From NCBI GenBank assembly GCA_965223665.1, contig OZ245011.1:3776001-3840000 (forward strand): DNA of 64,000 nt. The letters are read 5' to 3'. A model generated the notes under the pieces. That model was not told where the DNA came from and ran no database searches. It worked only from the letters and a program-made list of their open reading frames with translations. Position numbers and translations under genes: made by a program. Positions 59,342-64,000 of the stretch are shown here, in pieces; the first letter of the stretch is position 1, and each line of letters opens with the position of its first letter. The DNA is from Nitrospinaceae bacterium (GTDB lineage Bacteria > Nitrospinota > Nitrospinia > Nitrospinales > Nitrospinaceae).

Positions 59342-60574
59342 CTAAAAAAATTCGTCCATCCAGCGTTTCATACGGCTTAAAATTTTTTCAAACAAATTGC
59401 GACCCTGAAGTTCAGTGGATTTGCCATCTTTTTGAGTGCGGACACCGTACATAATGAGCCCTGTGCTGGTGGCATAAATTGGGTTGTTGACTACATCGAC
59501 CAACCCTCCCAAACCTCTTGGAATTCCAACCCGGACAGGCATTTGAAATACTTGTTCGGCAAGATCGGCAAGACCCTGCATACATGCAGTTCCGCCGGTT
59601 AAAACAACTCCCGAAGAAATGCTTTCTTGAAATCCAGAATTTTGGATTTCGTGATTCAAAATTTCGAACATTTCACGTGTGCGTGCTTCAATAATTTCGC
59701 TCAAAATTTGGCGGGAGATAAAAATTGAATTTCTTCCTCCCACGCTAGTGACTTCAATGTTTTCATCTTCAGTAACCAGGGGAGAGTAGGCGCAACCGTA
59801 GGCATGTTTAATTTTTTCCGCTTCGGCATTGGGGGTGCGCAAACCAATAGCAATATCATTGGTGACCTGCGCTCCGGCAATGGCAAGAACCGAGGTGTGC
59901 TTAATGGCTCCCTGGTAGAAGATCGCCAGGTCTGAGGTGCCTCCTCCGATGTCGATTAATCCAACGCCTAATTCTTTTTCATCATTGGATAAAACCGCTT
60001 CACTGGAAGCAAGCTGTTCCAGGACAATATCTTGAACACCCAGTCCAGCTTTGTTGACGCATTTTACTATATTTTGAGCAGAAGTTACAGCAGCAGTTAC
60101 AATATGTACTTTAGCTTCCAATCGAATTCCTGACATTCCAATGGGAGACTTAATTCCATCTTGGTTATCTACTATAAATTCCTGAGGTAATATATGAATG
60201 ACCTCTCGATCTAACGGGATGGCTATGGCTTTGGCTGCTTCAATAACACGTTCAACGTCATTCTCATCAATTTCACTCCCTTTAACAGCGATAATGCCAT
60301 GGCTATTCATACTTTTTATGTGACCGCCCGCAATTCCTACAAACACGGAGTCAATTTCAGTGCCTGCCATCAATTCTGCTTCTTCGACAGCGCTTTTAAT
60401 CGATTCCACAGTTCCTTCAATATTAACCACCACGCCTTTTCTAAGGCCACGTGAAGGGGATTGACCTAGTCCAATGATTTCTATTTCCCCTTGAGGACTG
60501 ACTTCGGCAATTATGCAGCAAATTTTGGTGGTGCCTATATCTAGTCCCACTATAAAATTATTTTTCTTGGACAT
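59342..60574 (-). CDS. ftsA: Cell division protein FtsA
   Basis: GLDIGTTK, IDIGGGTS, VLTGG, amphipathic C-terminus. Confidence 0.98.
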   Translation of the reverse strand: MSKKNNFIVGLDIGTTKICCIIAEVSPQGEIEIIGLGQSPSRGLRKGVVVNIEGTVESIKSAVEEAELMAGTEIDSVFVGIAGGHIKSMNSHGIIAVKGSEIDENDVERVIEAAKAIAIPLDREVIHILPQEFIVDNQDGIKSPIGMSGIRLEAKVHIVTAAVTSAQNIVKCVNKAGLGVQDIVLEQLASSEAVLSNDEKELGVGLIDIGGGTSDLAIFYQGAIKHTSVLAIAGAQVTNDIAIGLRTPNAEAEKIKHAYGCAYSPLVTEDENIEVTSVGGRNSIFISRQILSEIIEARTREMFEILNHEIQNSGFQESISSGVVLTGGTACMQGLADLAEQVFQMPVRVGIPRGLGGLVDVVNNPIYATSTGLIMYGVRTQKDGKSTELQGRNLFEKILSRMKRWMDEFF

Positions 60575-60592
60575 GTGTGTCCCCTCTCCAAA

Positions 60593-61483
60593 TTATAAAT
60601 TGCGAGTTTCGTGGGGTGATCCCCCATCATCCACTCGCTTGATCACGACTTTATCCTTAAAAGATAAATCAATATATTGAATCCCTTTTAAGGTTGGTTG
60701 AGCTGTTCTAAAAATTGTTTTGAGATTTTCAAATCCTTCCTGAATTCGGTCAATGGAGACATGGAGCTTGACTTTTTCGAAACGGGATTGAAATTCAAGG
60801 TTGTTCAGACCCTTAAATTTAAGCTGGTCAATTGGGTCATTTTTAAAAATGTCCATCCGGTTTAAATGATGCATTGCGTTTAAACCTTCTGTCATTCCAT
60901 CAATAGCGAGTGGCTCACCCAAATTGAAGCTATTAATATTTGCTCCTGTAATTAAGGGAAGTTCGTTGTGATTTCCTCTTGCAGGGGCAATAAGAACTCC
61001 AAAATTATCCATCAGATATGTTTTGTCTAATTTGATTAATGCGTAAGGTTGTCTTTCTTGGATAGCAATATGTATTGTCTGAGGAAATTTGCGAACCACA
61101 ATCACATTACGAACCCAAGGGTTTTTGCTTAAAGAATCTGTTATGGCCGGCAAGTCTAATTTGAAAATATTTTGTCCGGAAATTGTTTGGGACCAGTTTT
61201 CTAAAGTCTTTTTTTCTATGACTTGATTACCTGAAAAAATAATTTTAGAAACATTGAACTTGGGAGAGGTAGTGAAGAATAAATATCCATGGTACAGCCC
61301 ATAACCTAAAGCTAAGGCAAGGATTAGTTTTCCTAAGCCATCTAAAATGGACTTCACCCAATCCCATGAAATTTCTCCTTTTTTTATTACTTTGGTTTGC
61401 TTATTTTTTCCTTTAGTCTTCCTTTTCTTTTCAGGAGACTGGTTCCAGATTAAATTATTTTGTTTTTTTACTAGAGTGTACAT
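60593..61483 (-). CDS. ftsQ: Cell division protein FtsQ/DivIB
   Basis: TM + POTRA (PWVRNVIVVRKFP, IQERQP), YIDL; position in the dcw cluster. Confidence 0.9.
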   Translation of the reverse strand: MYTLVKKQNNLIWNQSPEKKRKTKGKNKQTKVIKKGEISWDWVKSILDGLGKLILALALGYGLYHGYLFFTTSPKFNVSKIIFSGNQVIEKKTLENWSQTISGQNIFKLDLPAITDSLSKNPWVRNVIVVRKFPQTIHIAIQERQPYALIKLDKTYLMDNFGVLIAPARGNHNELPLITGANINSFNLGEPLAIDGMTEGLNAMHHLNRMDIFKNDPIDQLKFKGLNNLEFQSRFEKVKLHVSIDRIQEGFENLKTIFRTAQPTLKGIQYIDLSFKDKVVIKRVDDGGSPHETRNL

Positions 61484-61509
61484 GAGTTTCTCAAAAACAG
61501 TTTTTAGAG

Positions 61510-62433
61510 TTAATTCATATAATCCAGGCTTGCAGTTTTAGTTATTTCGACCACCAAGTCTTCAAAACCCATCCCAGATTGTTTTGCAGCCATCGGTAAT
61601 AAGCTTGTAGGGGTCATACCGGGAATAGTATTCATTTCTAAAACGAAGGGTGTCCCGTTTTTATCTAATATAAAGTCAACTCGTGGAAATCCTCTTCCTT
61701 TGAGAGCACGGAAAACTTCAATTGAATATTGATTACATCTTTTCGCTTCTTCATCAGTTAATTCCGCGGGGCAAAAATATTGAGTTTTTCCTTTAGTGTA
61801 TTTTGCTTCGTAATCGTAAAACCCCGATTTAGGTTCAATGTGAACAATGGGTAACGGTTGATCTTGATTCATTCCTACCGCCAATTGTTTTCCTTGAATA
61901 AATTTTTCTACCAGTACTTCCTTTGAATATTTGAAAGCTAGTTCTAAAGCTGGGAACCATTCACTTTCCTTTTTTACAATGCTTACTCCGAGACTGGATC
62001 CCTGATCTGGAGGTTTGACCACTACAGGTAAATCTAAAGTTCTAGGCTGGGTTTTTAAATTATTAACTGTGAAAACCTGAAAGGGAGCTGAGGGAATTCC
62101 CTTGGCTTCTAAAATTTCCTTCGTAATAATTTTGTTATAAGCCATAGAGCTTCCTAATACACCTGACCCTGTATAGGGAATTTTTAAATATTCCAATAAT
62201 CCTTGAATGGTCCCATCCTCTCCAAAAGTTCCATGCAAAGCAATAAATGCAATTTCGATCTTTTGGTTTACTAAAGTTGCGGCTATCTTATGGTCAACGT
62301 CAATGGAAATAGCCTGGAAACCCTTATTTAGCAAAGCCTGAAAAACTTCTTTACCTGAAGTCAAAGAAATTTCGCGTTCCGGAGAAAGGCCTCCCATTAA
62401 AACCCCTATAGTTTTATCTTCCAGTTTTTTCAA
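61510..62433 (-). CDS. ddl: D-alanine-D-alanine ligase
   Basis: GGLSPEREISL, LHGTFGEDG, YDYEAKY, EMNTIPG. Confidence 0.97.
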   Translation of the reverse strand: MKKLEDKTIGVLMGGLSPEREISLTSGKEVFQALLNKGFQAISIDVDHKIAATLVNQKIEIAFIALHGTFGEDGTIQGLLEYLKIPYTGSGVLGSSMAYNKIITKEILEAKGIPSAPFQVFTVNNLKTQPRTLDLPVVVKPPDQGSSLGVSIVKKESEWFPALELAFKYSKEVLVEKFIQGKQLAVGMNQDQPLPIVHIEPKSGFYDYEAKYTKGKTQYFCPAELTDEEAKRCNQYSIEVFRALKGRGFPRVDFILDKNGTPFVLEMNTIPGMTPTSLLPMAAKQSGMGFEDLVVEITKTASLDYMN

Positions 62434-62445
62434 TTACAAACCTCT

Positions 62446-63507
62446 CTAGGATTCGTCACCCACTATAATGACCTCCGTATCAAGATGAATTCCCGAATCT
62501 CTTTTTACTGCGGTTTGTATTTGTTTTATTAACTTCAATACTTCCTCGGCCTTTGCCATGCCATGATTCACAATAAAATTAGCATGCTTGATGGAAACCC
62601 CAGCATCTCCTACGCGGTAACCTTTTAATCCTGCTTCCTCAATTAATTTTCCAGCGGCCTTTTCTTTAGGATTTTTAAAAACTGACCCAGTGTTGGGTAA
62701 AGTTAAAGGTTGTTTCTGACGTCTGCGGTTTAAATGCCGCTCAATTCCATTTTGAATTTCTATAAGCTCACCTTTTTTCAACTCCAATTCTGCTTTAACA
62801 ATAATTCCACCAGAACTGGGAAAGGTAGTTTTTCTGTAATCAAAAACTAAATCATCGTGGTTGAGTGTTTCGAGATTTCCATCTGGGGTAACGCGAGTGA
62901 CGGATTTTACGATTTGACAAATTTCCGTTCCATCAGCTCCTGCATTCATTATTAATGCACCCCCAAGAGATCCCGGGATGCCAACTAAATCTTCCATTCC
63001 GGTTAAGGAATAACGTGCAAGGGATTTAACCAAGTAGGACATTTTGGTTCCAGCGCCAACCTCAACAGTTGCAATTTCCTCTCCACGATCATTCTTTGAA
63101 AATTGAGGGTTTCCTATCCAACGAAAACCTTCATCTATGGAAACAACAATTCCCCTGATACCTTTGTCACGAACCACTAAATTGGTTCCCTCTCCAAGGA
63201 TAAAAATTGGCAATTCTCCAGCATGACTAAAAATAATTTGCAGATCTTTAATATCCTTTGGGATGATAAATAAATCAGCAGGTCCTCCAACACGAAGCGA
63301 TGTATGTTGAGACATTAATTCATTGGGGTATACCTTTCCTTGAATTTTATTAAGCCAAGAAATTTTTGGATGCATAACTGATCTCTTAAAAATGGTTCTT
63401 CCCAAGATGGTTTTAGGAGTTTGGGGAAGTGTTAGCAGGGAAGGGCTTTGCCCATGCTGCCGGTGTGCAAATTGAATTAAATGAGTTTTCCAAGGATCAT
63501 TTAACAT
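62446..63507 (-). CDS. murB: UDP-N-acetylenolpyruvoylglucosamine reductase
   Basis: HTSLRVGGPA, GIPGSLGG..MNAGA, GSVFKNP, KHANF. The true start may be ATG 63375. Confidence 0.95.
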   Translation of the reverse strand: MLNDPWKTHLIQFAHRQHGQSPSLLTLPQTPKTILGRTIFKRSVMHPKISWLNKIQGKVYPNELMSQHTSLRVGGPADLFIIPKDIKDLQIIFSHAGELPIFILGEGTNLVVRDKGIRGIVVSIDEGFRWIGNPQFSKNDRGEEIATVEVGAGTKMSYLVKSLARYSLTGMEDLVGIPGSLGGALIMNAGADGTEICQIVKSVTRVTPDGNLETLNHDDLVFDYRKTTFPSSGGIIVKAELELKKGELIEIQNGIERHLNRRRQKQPLTLPNTGSVFKNPKEKAAGKLIEEAGLKGYRVGDAGVSIKHANFIVNHGMAKAEEVLKLIKQIQTAVKRDSGIHLDTEVIIVGDES

Positions 63508-64000
63508 GGAAGAATGTCCTTTCCTGGTTCTCCGGAGCTTAATCGCTCAGGCAGGTTGACGAGTAAATCTTGTCCTAATTTCCAAACATTACCGGCTCCT
63601 AAAGTTAAAAAAACATCTCCCGGTTGAAGGGTTTGAGACAAGTGAGTAAGTGTTTCATTTTGAGTTTCAATTAATTCGACATGTTTATGGCCAAACTTTT
63701 TAATTCCTTCTGAAATTAATCCGGCATGAATACCTTCAATAGGTTCCTCTCCAGCGGGAAATATTGAGTTGATTATCAAATAATCCGCATCATTAAATGA
63801 AGACCAAAATTGCTCTAACAAAGTTTGAGTTCTGGAATAACGGTGAGGTTGAAAAACTACAATCGATCTTCTATGCGGCCAAACTTCTTTCACAGTTTTT
63901 AAAGTTACCTGAATTTCAGCAGGGTGATGGCCATAGTCGTCAACGATTATAAAGTTTTTTGAGTTGTGGATAATTTCGAATCTTCGTTGTACCCCAGAGA
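63501..64000 (-). CDS. murC: UDP-N-acetylmuramate-L-alanine ligase, 3' part (5' end outside the window)
   Basis: GVQRRFE, DDYGHHPAEI, FQPHRYSRT, LGAG. Confidence 0.95.
   Translation of the reverse strand, partial: SGVQRRFEIIHNSKNFIIVDDYGHHPAEIQVTLKTVKEVWPHRRSIVVFQPHRYSRTQTLLEQFWSSFNDADYLIINSIFPAGEEPIEGIHAGLISEGIKKFGHKHVELIETQNETLTHLSQTLQPGDVFLTLGAGNVWKLGQDLLVNLPERLSSGEPGKDILPC

Noticed and set aside
63376-63507. 44-aa N-terminal extension of MurB
   Set aside because: It is not MurB-like, and ATG 63375 gives a normal-length protein. The overlap with the murC stop means it cannot be fully excluded.

Overview
An AT-rich bacterial chromosome segment. Gene content and style tentatively suggest a Nitrospinota-like or deltaproteobacterial-grade Gram-negative organism; this is an inference only. 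Housekeeping blocks are hup, def, yqeY-dnaG-rpoD-tRNA(CAU), glgC, CIRCE-controlled groES-groEL, queF and the end of the dcw cluster (murC-murB-ddl-ftsQ-ftsA-ftsZ). The accessory material between them has five highlights. (1) A compact, apparently Rrf2-controlled operon encodes a group III truncated haemoglobin, Ric/YtfE, the Cu nitrite reductase NirK, a protoglobin-PsiE membrane fusion and a periplasmic alpha-carbonic anhydrase. It has back-to-back promoters and a candidate operator. (2) A 3532-aa secreted purple acid phosphatase carries 6 DNRLRE-like and 24 HYR-like domains. (3) An 849-aa zinc-ribbon/acidic-repeat/FliL fusion is divergent from SLT, a diheme cytochrome and a FimV-SPOR gene. 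(4) A full sigma54 promoter/IHF/duplicated-UAS architecture links a PAS enhancer-binding protein to a small unknown secreted protein. (5) Features missing from the ORF track include gdhA and DUF547 remnants, a 29-aa membrane microprotein and an OmpR-type box shared by two promoters. No CRISPR array, rRNA, integrase or transposase was recognised. All calls come from reading the sequence by eye; no database searches were run.
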